A stretch of DNA of 64,000 nt. Source: Negaprion brevirostris (Eukaryota). The stretch covers positions 108,145,391-108,209,390 of the forward strand of contig JARDVH010000042.1 in assembly GCA_030324005.1 (NCBI GenBank). The letters are read 5' to 3'. The notes beneath the pieces are model-generated. The model had not been told where the DNA came from, did not search any database, and saw only the letters and a list, made by a program, of their open reading frames with translations. The position numbers were made by a program, and so were the translations under genes. This document shows, in pieces, positions 12,110 to 25,605 of the stretch. Every line of letters begins with the position of its first letter. Within the stretch, counting starts at the first letter, position 1.

Positions 12110-14825
12110 AACCTGCTCCGCCATTCATTAAGACCATGGCTGATCTGTTCATGTTTCAATTCCCATCTACCTCAATAATCTTTGATTCCCTTTCCTAACA
12201 AGAATCTATTTACCTGTGCTATAAAAATATTCAACGACCCTCCCTCTTCCTCCACCTTCCAAAGTCACACAATTCTCGGAGAGAAAATAATTCTCCTCAT
12301 CTCTGTCCTAAAAGGCTACCCTCAATTTTAAAACAGATTTCCTTAGCTCTGGGCTCACCCGAAAGAGGAAACACACCCTTTCCACAGCGACCTTGTCAAG
12401 ACTGTTTAGGATCTTGTATAATTTAATCAAGTCAATGCTCTTTAAAACTCCAGTGAAAACAAGTTCAGACTGTCCAACCTTTCCTCATAAGACAACCTGC
12501 TCACTCCATGTATCAATCTAATAAACCTCCTCTGAACCATCTTCAGTTCATTTACATCCTTCCTTAAATAAGGAGACTAAAACTATATGCAATATTCGAG
12601 ATATGGACTGAAATTCTCTGACTTAGCCTGTGGCTGAGATTCTCCGGACATGCTGTAATAAATGGAGTCTTGGCTGAGTGCCAAATTCTCTGTTCTCGCT
12701 GGCTGTGGTGGTGGGACATATGAGATTGGAGAATCCCATCCAAAGTCTTACAAATGATCTATATAACTGGCTCGTAACACCCTTTCTTTATGTTCAATTC
12801 CTCTTGTAATGAAGAATAACAGTCTGTTAGCCTTCATAATTATTTGCTGTACCTGCGTACTAATTTTTTTATGACTCATGTATTTAGAACACTTCAATCC
12901 CTCGGCATCTTGAAATTCTGTATTTATTCTCTGTTTAAGTAATTTTTTTGATTTTTTTTTGTTCTTCCTGTTAAAGTGAACAACTTTACATTTTTCCACA
13001 TTGTACTCGACGTGCAAATTTTTTTGCTCGGTCATTCAATGTATCTTTATCTGTAACCTCCTCATGTTCTCTTCACAATACACATTCCTATGTAGCTTTG
13101 TGTCAGCTGTAAAGTTAGCTACTATGCCTTTACTCCCATCATCTAAATAATTGATATGAATTGTAAAGAGCTGACGTCCCAGCACAGACTCCTGCGGGAG
13201 TTCACCTGTCAATCAAAAAAAGCCATTTATACATACTCTTTGCTTTCTGTCAGCCAGCCAATCAGCTAGTCTATCCAGGCTAAAACATTAACACCACAAG
13301 CTCCTATTTAGTGCAGTAACTCTTTATGTGGAAAATCTTGTCGAATGCCTTCTGGAACTCCAAGTATAGTAAGTCTACAAGCTCTCCTTTATCCACAGTG
13401 CATTTCACTCCTTTAAAAAAATTCCATTACATTGATTCAACAAGATTTCTCTTTCACAGAATCATGCTGACTTTCCCCAATTATCTTGAGTTTCCCAATT
13501 ACCTTGAACTTGTCTAAGTGCCTTGCTACAACCTCTTTGATGATTGATTCTAGCTCCTTCCCTATGACAGATAGCAAGCTAACTGGCCTATCGTTTCCTG
13601 TTTTCTGCCTCCCACCCTCCTTGAACAGAGGGGTTATATTTGCTAATTTCTCATGTCTGACGGAACATTTATGAAAAGTAACACCAACACATCCACTATC
13701 TCATTAGTCACCGTTTTTAAGACCTTAGGATGAAGTCCCATCAGGACCCAGAAACTTGTCAGCGTACAGCTCCACCAGTCAGTCCTGCTCCCCCAGTGAT
13801 TGTAGTTAATCAAGTTCCCCTCCCCGCTCCATCCCCTGATTTACTGTTATTACTGAATTATTTTCTGTCTCCTCTATAGTGAAAGCAGAAGCAAAATATT
13901 TGTTCATTTCATCTGCCATTTCCTTATTATCTATGATCAACTCCCCATTCTCACTCTCTAGAGGACCAGGACTCATTTTAATTACTGTCATGCTTAAATA
14001 CCTGTTGCAATTCTTGCTATCTGTTTTTACATTTCTAGATAGTTTCCTCTGATATATTAATTCCTTTTCCTGATTAATCTTTTTTTGCCTTTCATTATAT
14101 TCTGACCAATCATCTGACCTGCCACTCATCATTGTGCAGTTATATGCCGTTCCCTTAAGTTTAATGTTTTCCTTAGCTTCTTTAGTTAACCATGGATGGT
14201 GGGGCCTCCCTTTAGATTTTTAAATATCAAAACTTTAAAACATCCCCACAAATGTCTCCATTAATCTATTCCTTAGCCTGGTATCCCAGTTCATTTCAGC
14301 TAGCTCAGCTTCCATGCGTACATGGGATTGCTCTTTATTAAGTTTAAACAACTAGTCTTAGACCCACTCTTCTCCTTGTCAAACTGCAAGTAAGATTCAA
14401 TCATTTGTAGCCACTGCTACCAAATGATGTCATTATTCGGCGATCATTAATTAATTCTGTTACATGACATAATACCAAGTCCAATATAACCTGCTGTCTG
14501 CTTCCAGAATGTGTTGCTCTAAGAAACTATCTCAAAGGTACTCTATGGACTCTTCACCCAGGCAACCATTGCCAATCTGATTTTTCTTGTTTATGTAGAT
14601 TAAAATGATTATTGCCATTCCTTTGTCACAAATACCCAATATTACTTTGTCCTGAATTGTAGTTACTGTAAAAGGGCCTGTAGACCACCCCCACTAGCAA
14701 CTTCTGTCCTGTACTATTTCTCATCTCCACCCAAACCAATTCCACATCCGGATCTCCTGATCCAAGGTCATTCCTAACTGTTGCACCAATACCATCTTCT
14801 TTTAAAAAGATGCTGCAGCCTACCA
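12110..14825 (-). mobile_element. Long decayed CR1 LINE (APE endonuclease, RT and 3' UTR)
   Basis: EN: VELVWVEMRNSTGQKLLVGVVYRP. Linker: EMADEMNKYFASAFT. RT: GPDGLHPKVLK, RPVSLLSVIGK, YLEFQKAFDKI, YNVEKCKVVHF. 3' UTR at 12110. Many stops and deletions. Confidence 0.93.
12632..12742. mobile_element. MITE-like element nested in CR1
   Basis: TIR ggctgagattctcc...ggagaatcccatcc interrupts the CR1 sequence. Confidence 0.7.
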
Positions 14826-17761
14826 TTTAAAAAAAATACAGTCAGTGTGTGAAGCCAAGTACTGTGGAGTTTAAGATTTCCTCTCATTTCATTGACTGCC
14901 ATGTATGATGCATATTCTTAGTTTTCTATGCAAAAACTTTTATCTGGAAGGTACATTGCAGAACGTTTGCTCTCTCCTGTAATCTTGGCATGAATCAGGT
15001 AGCGCTGTGTGATCCGTCGCAAGTGCTGAGTTCAGTGCTTTAAGATAATGCATACCTAACCTGTTCAGCAGCAGCTACCGATCATTGTAGTATATGATTT
15101 AAGGCACCAACTTTTCTTACTGCGCTTGCAATTGGATTAGCCACAGAGCTGCTTCTGAATTTTATTTAAAAACAAGTTACGCAATCCTATTGAAATTCTC
15201 ACGGATATAAAAATGTTCGGAAATACCAAGCCAATTCACTGCTATTCTGTTATAAAGTGCATGTAAAATCCTGATCCAGGCCAAAGATTTTCCCCAAGTA
15301 TCTTGATTTAAAGCCTAGTACTTTAAATACACTCAACTCACTCCTATGTTGCAGTCTGTGAAGGCAGCATGTTTTTAATGTCTAATTACCTCTTGTGCAA
15401 AATTAATTCTTCTGTTAAATATTTTCCCACATTTTCATATGGCTCAGTAAATGTGTGAATTTGTTCAGGGTTTGAGCTATGCAAAGTTGTATTAAAATCC
15501 TGAATATAGAAATCCATTTACACGCAGAGCACTTCTTGGCAAAGGGGCTATGCCTTTATCAGGTTTAGAACATTGGCAGCTGGATTCTGGACAAGATAGT
15601 TGTTCAGATTAAACCAAAGTAAATAGAAAGGTCAGAACTGATGCGGGCGTGAGTAACAATCCTCTTGAAGCGTGCCAACCACGTGCAGTGCAAACATGTC
15701 ACCGTGAAATCTGATGCAGAATTGTAGCCTTTCCCAGTTATCATCTGTATATAGTGTACAAGTACAGGCAGCTGATATGACATTAATTAATTCAGACCTA
15801 ATCGTTTTCAGATTACTTTTGATTATGTGGTTCTGTCTCTTCTGTATGTGTTGCACAGCTGTCACCAGCAAAATAACATCCTGCTGGAACCTGGCCTCAT
15901 CATTTATGCCAGATATGCATTTGACCTTTTTTTTATCAGGACGACAAAATAGGGATAGCTCCAGCAGGCAAATAAATCTGTCTTAGTGGTTTTCCTAGCT
16001 TATCGGCTGATCACAAAGCCATCGGCAGCTGCAGCTCTCTGCAGTGGTCTAGCCTTTGTGTCTCCAGTCACAATTACAGACCTGGTTATCACCTTCTCAG
16101 ACTGGTGAAAGAAATGTGATTTAAGTAACAGAAGATTATCTTTCCAGCATTGTGGTTTGGATTTTATTTCCGTAGGGCTTGATGCTCCCTATGGATATCT
16201 GTTCCCCATTTTGATTTCTCATTTATTGCAGTCTCAGCTTTGATATTGAGTGAATTTTCCTAATGCTTCCAGCTGATTATAGATAATGTGTTACATTGAT
16301 GTATCGAAAAATACATATTTCCAGACCTTCCCTGCTCTTTTGCTGCAATATTTTTAGTCATGCTGGAAGTGTATGAATCAAAATTTTGTTTGAACAGTGG
16401 ATCTACTCACTCCCAATCCTGACATTTTCATATATGAATTGCGCAATTATCTCCCTTCAGAACTGCATGGCATTTGTCTTTTAAATCTATTTGTAATGAT
16501 GATTTTTCTAAATATCATGAGCACTGAATCTGTCTGCAAGCTGTTTTTGTATCATATTTGAAGGAACAAACTCTCAAACGTAACTTGCACCATTTTGCAG
16601 CTGTAACTCCTGAATTCTGCATCTATTCTATACTGCATTCCTACATCTCAGAAATGATGCATCTGTTGCGGGTGCTGCACGAGTACACAGATGCGTACAA
16701 TGTGTACGACCTGCATAACATAATCTGTCACGTGGAGAAATTAAGATCTTTTACTTGTTTGATCAACCTTCATCTCGGTGTGATACATAGGAGAGTGCAG
16801 ATCTTAATGCAGAGTGTTGACCATTGACATTGAGCTCTGAATATTCTGAGTTCAACCTTGGGCTAGGTGTGGTGTGGGGAGGTCAATTCCGAGCATTGAT
16901 TTAGATATCTGTTTGCTGGCTGATCAAAGAAGGAAGGCGGCATTTTACTTTGTGCCTGTGAACCTGTTTGGGTCACTCAGCACAGCAGGGGAGAGTTTCA
17001 GTAACTGTGCTAGTGCTGACTTCAGCTTTAGTCGTGAGTGAAGGTCTTTTTTTTCTGTCTTTTGTACTACTTTTGGCTGTCCAGTGGTTGGAAGAAGGGT
17101 CTGGGATTTTGTACGTGTTTATAGTCATCAACTAACTAGGATGGTGAAATATTAATACGTCCATTAAGATTGCTACTTCCTTTATTATTTGGGCTTGAGT
17201 GTTTTCTTTTTGCATAATATCTTAACATATTGGTTTAGATTCCTCATGGTAAGCATGGATTTACATCATTCAGACACCATGGTATAAAAGAGGATATGAA
17301 TTGATACTTATACAATGAAAGCTCACATTTGTTTTATGGTGAATTGGGAAAAAGAGACTTGATTAAAAGAAAATGTAGTTAGTGAAACAATGGAACATTA
17401 TGTGTGTAATATGCCCATTCTTTTGGATTTGGATTCAATGCTCAGTGATGTTATACCCCTACGATTCCTCTGATGTTCAGAGGAAAAAAATTCACATTGC
17501 TTTCCTGATGACTATTGTCCATTTGATCAATTATTTGGTGCTGGAATATCTGGTCTTACCCCTTCATGAATGCATTTTTGGAGCTGTTGACCTGACATTA
17601 CTGATGGAATTTCAATCACTTTGGTCCAGTAGATGGCACACAAAGGGTAAATGTTCTATCTCTCTCTGCTCCCAATTGGGGGAGGCATCGCCCTCTGATA
17701 GCTCCCAAGACATTTGGATGGATACTGAAAGTTTCCTGTCACCCACTGTGAGTGTCTGAAT

Positions 17762-18295
17762 TCACGGAATCAGAGAAATTTTAGTGCAGAAGGAGGCTAT
17801 TTGGTCCGTCTTGTCTGTGTTGGCTCTCTGAATGAGCAATGCACCTAGTGCTATTACCCATCTTATTGCTGTAATCCTGCACATTTTCTTTTTCAGATAA
17901 TAATGCAATTCTTTCTTAAATGCCTTGATTGAACCTGGCTCCAACACACACTCTGCAGATGTTAAACTTTTCTCAGAATGAGTGGTTATCTTCATGCCTT
18001 CTTTGTCTCTTTTCCCAATTACCTTAAATCCATGTCCTTTTGCTCTTGATTCTTTCACCAGTGGGGGTGGTTTTCCTTATCTTCCCTGTCCAGACGTCTC
18101 ATGATTTTGAATACCTCTGTAAAATCTCCTCTCAACATTTTCTCTAAGGAAAACAGTCCCAACTTCTCCAATATTTGTATGTAACTGAAGTTCTTCATTC
18201 CTGGAATCATTCTTATGAATCTTTTCTGCATTCTCTCTAATACCTTCATGCACGTCTTTCCTAATGTGTGATACCCAAACCTGGAGACACTAAGC
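17762..18295 (-). mobile_element. CR1 3' fragment
   Basis: KVLERMQKRFIRMIPGMKNFSY..LEKLGLFSLEKMLRGDFTEVFKIM and SRAKGHGFKV. Confidence 0.9.
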
Positions 18296-18584
18296 CTAGG
18301 ATTCTATATGCTTTATATCCTCTCAGTGGAAAAGTAGCCCCTCTCGAAAGGTCCACAGATGAACAGCAGCTTACTTGGGAAGGGTACCAGAGAGTAGATC
18401 TGTATCCCAGCATGAGTTGAAATCTTCAGCAGAAAATGAAAAGCATTGACTATTTATCTTGAAACAGCAACAGGAATGTGGCTGAATTATTTCTTTAGCG
18501 CAGAAATAAGCCATTTCTCTGGTCAGTGCTGGTATTCATGTTTCACAACAAGCCTCCTCTCATACCACTTCATCTAATTCTCGA

Positions 18585-19306
18585 GTGAGTTGTGGGCTCC
18601 TACTCTAGTGTCATAAAGTTGTGGGTTCAAGTATCAAACCAGAGACACAAACACAAGAATCAAGGCTGACGCTCAAGTGTAGCTATAAAATTAACTCCAA
18701 TGCATGACTGTTGGTAATGCTGTCTTTNNNNNNNNNNNNNNNNNNNNNNNNNNNNNNNNNNNNNNNNNNNNNNNNNNNNNNNNNNNNNNNNNNNNNNNNN
18801 NNNNNNNNNNNNNNNNNNNNNNNNNNNTGAATCAAACGTTAAAATGAGACCCAAGTCTGCTCTCTCAAATGGGCAAAAAAGTTCCCATGGTATACTTCAA
18901 ATCTGCTATTCCCAGTGTCCTGACCAATACTTTTTCCTCTCCTGTGTCACGAAATAAGCAAATAATCTAGTCATTATCCATGAGGTTGATTCCACATCTA
19001 ATCTGTAATTATCCTGCAGTTATGTCTTTGCCCATATACGCCGTGTTTGTGAAGCTACCTCCACTCGCCTGATCAAGGCGCAGAATATTATTATATTCCA
19101 AATAATAATTATTTGGAATCAATTATTTGATTCCAAATAAACCTGTTCAGCTTTAACCTGATGTTGTGAGACTTCTTGTTCTAGTCATTATCATATGACT
19201 GTAGGAGATTGCTGTGCGTAAGTTGACTATGTTTGGTAAGCATTTCATTGACTGTAAAACCCTTTGGGACACATCAGGAAAAGGATGATATAAATGCAAG
19301 CCTTTC
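18585..19306 (+). mobile_element. DeuSINE (SacSINE1-like) interrupted by a Penelope-like insert
   Basis: gtgggttcaag B box, collinear with 62884-63310 (gttcccatggta, ttatca, ctgtaaa, atgcaa tail). Confidence 0.8.
18979..19179 (+). mobile_element. Penelope-like terminal fragment (family A) with 13-bp TSD
   Basis: aaataaacctgtt..ctttaacctg.tgttgtgagacttc is shared with 19690, 30808 and 38556. TSD tctagtcattatc at 18966-18978 and 19180-19192. Confidence 0.8.
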
Positions 19307-19319
19307 TTTCTTTGTTAAC

Positions 19320-19945
19320 ATATCTTTCTACTTTATTTCTTACGTGTTTATCAGGCTTCCATCTAAATGCATCAATGAAAATCACCTCAACTATTCTTTG
19401 TGGTGGCAAGATCCATATTTGTAGTATTCTTTGGACAAGGAATCTTCTGTTGGATTCCTCCTTGGAGTAATTAATGATGATTGTATATTTATGACCTCTA
19501 ATTTTGGATTCCCCATAAATGAGAGAATGTCTCTCCATCTACCTTATCAAACTGTTTCATAATTTTAAAGATTTCTGTGAAGATCTCTATCTCAACCCTC
19601 TCTTTATTTGAGAAGAGTCTCGGCCTCTTTAATGATAGCTATATCCTCATTGTTCTCCAGTCAACCTCGTGAATGGTTTTTGCACCTTATGATGTGGAGA
19701 TGCCGGAGTTGGACTGGGGTAAGCACAGTAAGAAGTCTCACAACACCAGGTTAAAATCCAACTGGTTTATTTGGTAGCAAAAGCCACAAAAGGCAGTGCT
19801 GTGAGAACTAAATAAACCTATTAGACTTTAACCTGGTGTTGTGAGACTTCTTATTTTGCACTTTACCCGGTGACTTAATATCTATTTTGCAATATGGAGA
19901 CCAGCAGCATTCAGAGTACCAAGAGGTGGTTCAAGCAAGGTTCAG
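19320..19945 (-). mobile_element. CR1 3' fragment
   Basis: GESKIRGHKYTI..EESNRRFLVQRILQIWILPPQRIVE. Resumes after the insert at 19690-19853. Confidence 0.8.
19690..19853. mobile_element. Penelope-like fold-back insertion (family A) with 12-bp TSD
   Basis: About 49-bp inverted arms (taagaagtctcacaacaccaggttaaa / tttaacctggtgttgtgagacttctta). TSD ttttgcacctta / ttttgcacttta. Confidence 0.85.
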
Positions 19946-21341
19946 NNNNNNNNNNNNNNNNNNNNNNNNNNNNNNNNNNNNNNNNNNNNNNNNNNNNNNN
20001 NNNNNNNNNNNNNNNNNNNNNNNNNNNNNNNNNNNNNNNNNNNNNNNNNNNNNNNNNNNNNNNNNNNNNNNNNNNNNNNNNNNNNNNNNNNNNNNNNNNN
20101 NNNNNNNNNNNNNNNNNNNNNNNNNNNNNNNNNNNNNNNNNNNNNNNNNNNNNNNNNNNNNNNNNNNNNNNNNNNNNNNNNNNNNNNNNNNNNNNNNNNN
20201 NNNNNNNNNNNNNNNNNNNNNNNNNNNNNNNNNNNNNNNNTTCTTATATGTTCATTTTATTTTTTACCCGACAGTAATACTCACAATTATGTAGCTGATT
20301 TTCAGCTTGTTAGCTCAGAGCATTTCATGTATATATCTACTGCAATTTAAGTATGCTTTTGTTGACAATTGGCAGTGATTTCGTGTGTCACAGGAAATGT
20401 GAAGATCAAAGAGGAATTTACTTATATTTACCAACCCTTCCATTTACAGAATGCTTTTCATTCTTCACTCAAGGTTTTACAGATTCAGTTATGGAATCAG
20501 ATTTGTGAACTGCTCTTGATGGAATCATCCTCACGCACAATGTCTTTCGCTGTGCTCTTTCTTTTAATGTTCAGTTCACATCTTTCAAGCATCATTCTCT
20601 CCCTTCTTATCATCCCTGCATCATCACACCAGGGATTAATTTATTATTGGGAAGACTAGTTGAAGCAAAACATCACTGCGGGAGGGCTTGCCATCTACAT
20701 TGAGCCAGAGCTCAAATAATGCAACCCTCACATCACCTGAATTTCAGAGAGGGTTTTAGATGCAAGAAAAATCCCTTCTAAAGTCTGTGGTTCTAGCTGA
20801 ACTGAAACAACAGACTGTATATTAACAAGCACATGCTATGACGATGAGTGAAGGACTTAAAACCTGGAAGACAATGTTATGTCTTTTATCCCTGTTAGAT
20901 TACTCACCCAGGCTTGGTTTCCAATCAGTCGGGGAGGAGGACTGCGAAGCAGGCTGCAAGAGTAGGCAGGTACATGTGACAACCACAGAGGAGGTGCCTG
21001 ATTCTGGGGTGCAATGAAGGGAAGAATCCATTCCCAGATTACAGTCTTTTTAGTAGGGGCAAGGGAGAGAAACAGTAGCATAGCCTGATGGTCCAGTGAA
21101 GGGAGTTTGCTTGACCTGAGGGAGAAGGAAAGACTTCTGCTTATGCTGGCTACAAGCAGTGTTGGAAAGGTACCTGTTTTCTCAACAAAGAGGCCCTTAC
21201 TTTCCTTCAGCTGCTGGGTTTCTCCAAAGCCTGGTTAACCCGGATGTCTAATCTAAAACCTGCAAACCAAGTTGAATCAGGTACTTGGCCTATGATGTGA
21301 TCTGGCAATGTTATATTGGCCTCTGTCCTATACACCACTTG

Positions 21342-21483
21342 AGGGGTAATTTTCCGACCTTTTCACAAGCATGGAATTGTAGCCAACAATTGTGCTTATA
21401 GGAAATTCCGGTTTTCACTGCACACTATTTTTAGTAATTTAAGAATTTCTGATATGGCCTTTTGACAGATGAAAATTATCCTT
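21342..21483. mobile_element. Possible MITE
   Basis: Imperfect TIR aggggtaattttc...gaaaattatcctt. Confidence 0.4.
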
Positions 21484-22313
21484 TTAAGCCCGCATTAAAG
21501 ACTAAGCGACTGTCAGCTCATTGNNNNNNNNNNNNNNNNNNNNNNNNNNNNNNNNNNNNNNNNNNNNNNNNNNNNNNNNNNNNNNNNNNNNNNNNNNNNN
21601 NNNNNNNNNNNNNNNNNNNNNNNNNNNNNNNNNNNNNNNNNNNNNNNNNNNNNNNNNNNNNNNNNNNNNNNNNNNNNNNNNNNNNNNNNNNNNNNNNNNN
21701 NNNNNNNNNNNNNNNNNNNNNNNNNNNNNNNNNNNNNNNNNNNNNNNNNNNNNNNNNNNNNNNNNNNNNNNNNNNNNNNNNNNNNNNNNNNNNNNNNNNN
21801 NNNNNNNNNNNNNNNNNNNNNNNNNNNNNNNNNNNNNNNNNNNNNNNNNNNNNNNNNNNNNNNNNNNNNNNNNNNNNNNNNNNNNNNNNNNNNNNNNNNN
21901 NNNNNNNNNNNNNNNNNNNNNNNNNNNNNNNNNNNNNNNNNNNNNNNNNNNNNNNNNNNNNNNNNNNNNNNNNNNNNNNNNNNNNNNNNNNNNNNNNNNN
22001 NNNNNNNNNNNNNNNNNNNNNNNNNNNNNNNNNNNNNNNNNNNNNNNNNNNNNNNNNNNNNNNNNNNNNNNNNNNGCATTACATATGAATGCTGATCCTA
22101 ATCAAAGAAGTTGAAAAGCAAGAGATATTGAAACAAGATTGTATAATATACTGTTGACTTAATTTTGTGGAGAAGCAGGACCAGAAGAGAATGCATCCTC
22201 TCTAAACAAGGACCCAGTATTATTTCTGGAGACTGGGGTCCTCTACAGCAGATCCAAATGTCCTCACAAAATACCAACATTGTGTGGGCAATGGTCAGCC
22301 TTATTATCACAAC

Positions 22314-22565
22314 GCTGGAATTTTATTGCCCTGCCTGCCATGGAATTGGAGCTGGCGAGGGGCGGAGAACAGAAATGCCTGTTGATTCTTGTTTGAGTGA
22401 GGCCAGAAAGTCCTGCATGATCTCTTCTCAAATAGCCTTGTTGGCCAGAATTTTACCGCTCTGCCCACCACGGGAATTGGGGTAGGTGAGGGGTGGAACT
22501 TGAAGAGGTCTGTTGACCTCGGGCGGGTTTTTTTTTTGTTTCGGGTCAAGCGAGGCTGTAAAGGA
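22314..22565. mobile_element. Two tandem copies of the MITE seen at 9102-9228
   Basis: gctggaattttattgccctgcctgccatggaattggag and gccagaattttaccgctctgcccaccacgggaattggg, each followed by ctgttga...gaggc. Confidence 0.7.
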
Positions 22566-25500
22566 ATACTATGTACATTTTCAATAAATTAATCACTTTC
22601 CTTTGAAATGAAAGAGCGAATATTACTTCAAATGGGTTAAATGTAAATGTCTTATTTTTGTTGTATTTTGGTACATTAGGGAAATGTAGCCATAGGTAAG
22701 AAGGTGCTGCAACATCAGGAAAACCAATTTTAAAAATATTTTACAGGCATAATTTAGTTTAAGTTCCCTTTGTGATTTTATTATTCTGTCTGCTATGCAA
22801 TACATGTAGGAGGTGTGAGGCCCATCTAGTCACCACTCTCAAGATCTCTATTTCCTTTCTCATGTTGGAAAATGCTACAGCCCTATCTGTAGATCTGTTT
22901 CTGATCTCAAAGCTTGGATTCATGCTGCCAAATGCATTGTGAAAAATGTACCAGTGTGTACAGTGTTATATAGCAATTAAGAGACACACTAAGTGAGGCA
23001 GTGACAGCACATTGCAGTCACATTATCACATGAGGAAGGGATGCAAGAAGGTCAGTCACTCCCTGCCCTCTTCAGTCAGGAAGCAATATTTGATGTTTCA
23101 GGACACTGATGAAGAAGGAGAGGAGCAAAGAGCAGGGGCTTACTGGAAGAGTAACCAAATCTCCTTATAAAAAGTAACTCTTTCAATAAAAGAATGCACG
23201 GAACAGAGATTGCCAAAGGCGGTTGGCAGATCATTTCCTTTCAGCTGTCCATTGTATAGTGCAAGCCCACTCGGGAGTGGCCGTAGATGCTGTTTCATCA
23301 CTTTTTATTTGCCAGCCAGACTGAAACAAAAAGAAAGAAATAAAAGGCAACGTTTACTTTTGATTTTTAGTCAAAGTATCCATTATGAAGGTCTTAAAAT
23401 GACGGGATATAAGACTGACTGATGCTTGGTGAAGATGCCCTTCGGTTAGTCTGCTAATTCATTCCAGAGAATTAGAACATGTCTGGTATTTGTTATTTTG
23501 GAGAAGGAGGTGCAGGCAGCTTAATTCTCTTGAGCTCTGAAAGATGTTTGCAGTAAAGGGCCAGAGGAAACCCAAATATACAGCAGTAGTTGAAAACCCT
23601 TACCTCACTAGCAGTTGACATTAATCACCAAAAAGCTTATAGCATCTCTGTTAAAAAAGTGAAGACACTCAGCCACCCCCTAATCCTGGAGAAATCATTA
23701 AAAACTGGTGTAGTGTAGTCAAGACTAAAAACAGTGTTGATAATACCTTAAGGCGGGAGTTTGACTGCAGTCTGAGCAAGTTCGATCTGGTATAAAATGG
23801 CCTCCTCGTGGCTTTAGACATTTAATGCTCACCTGAGCTATTCTTGTATTGATACAAAGTTAGTAGAAAAATGCTCCTGCAGGTAACTATAATGTGTCTC
23901 TGTATGGAATCTCTCTATGATTGATTGCAGATTAACTTTCTGTCATCCCGTACCAATTTACAACTTCCAATCTAGATACTGGAATCTGCCCCAGGTAACT
24001 TTCCTACTCCAGATATTTTTCCTCTTAACGTTATTACGAAAGCTGAGAATGAAGTTCTTATTCTGACTTCCACTGGAAGCAAATTAGATCCAACTTCCCT
24101 CAAAACTACAGCCCCTGACCCCTGGTAACATCTTGGTGAATCTTGCGCTGCGTATTTTCAATTCCATGCCACAAACATCCAGTGATGATGCCATGATCCT
24201 TCTAATGCAGTTCAAAGCATTACCTGGACCCACACCCTCATACTCAATAGGCTGGAGTGCATGCGCTCTGTTCTGATAGGTCTTAGGAGGGTCATGTGAC
24301 GAATGGACAATTGCCCCTTAATGGGGGGGGGATTAACAGGGNNNNNNNNNNNNNNNNNNNNNNNNNNNNNNNNNNNNNNNNNNNNNNNNNNNNNNNNNNN
24401 NNNNNNNNNNNNNNNNNNNNNNNNNNNNNNNNNNNNNNNNNACAGGCAATCACAATTTCAGAACTCGTTAGATTCTGCCAGCTTAGCTTCAGTGTAAAAT
24501 AGTCCCCAGGTCCTGGGTGCCAACTAGTGCACTTCTGTCAAAGATCCTTCATAAAACCTGTGCAGGTCAAACAGCTGCAATTCTGGTTACTCCAAACCAG
24601 CCGAGGAAATCTTTAGTCTATCTAAATTGCACTAAATTGACTCATACAGACTCTTTCCAGAGCAAGCCATAGATGGAGGACCAGATGTGGCATCGTTGTC
24701 TTGAGAGATCAGTGTAACTCATCAGCATTTCTGCCATCAGGTTTTGATACTTCACATCAGTGAGTCTAAAATGAAGATAGTTCAACTTTTGGCATCAAAA
24801 TAACAAAACAGTGTTGGTCTATGACATTGCAACTATCGCCGTATGTCAAGTTGGAATCCATCAGTTGGCTTTTCAATGGTTCACAATGCAGCCTGCCATT
24901 TTCCTTTGGGAAGATATGTAATTGTTGAACATCCAGTGACACCCTGGCTTCACAGGTGCTGAGCTTCATGCTCTGCGGGCAATTCCAGCTTGTATTGTTT
25001 GACACAACTAGGAGAATGCCTTTTTGTTTCCACGGCGCTTTCATTTGACACAGGTTGTGTAGTTGGAGAATTCTAATACAGAAACACATTGTGCACACGT
25101 TACATGTCCTCGTTAATGCACGTAACAGATGGTGGAACTACATAATGGTAAACCATTGCAGCTTTATCGGTGGCTTGTAAATGACCCAAGCTGCTTTTGT
25201 AGTCCCTTTTTATACTGCACTTCTGGCATCCTCTTGGGTATTGATTCCAGGCCAGGAATGCAGTAAAAAGTGGAGAGATGCACGTATGTACATTGGTCTG
25301 AGGAGCATTTGGAAGAAGTTCTATTGAATTCAGACTAATGTGCAGTGGCTAAAGGATGAGGGGAATCAAAGCAAGGCTGAAACAAAATTAAAAGCAAATT
25401 CTGCCAGCCTAATTTGCTGTCTGCATTTTGATGGATCAAAGAGCTGGTTAGCCTGTTCACTCTTTGCGAAACAAGAATTTCATTAGCAGCCATCGTCTCG

Positions 25501-25605
25501 TGAACAGTGCTGTGTACACACATGTAGTCTTGACTTTCCCCATTCCCCTATTCCCACAGCAATACAATCAAGCAGCACCAAGTGCACATGTTTACTCGAT
25601 ACATG

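Noticed and set aside
23103-23170. Possible exon encoding DTDEEGEEQRAGAYWK after tttcag
   Set aside because: Weak donor, an early stop and no recognisable protein.
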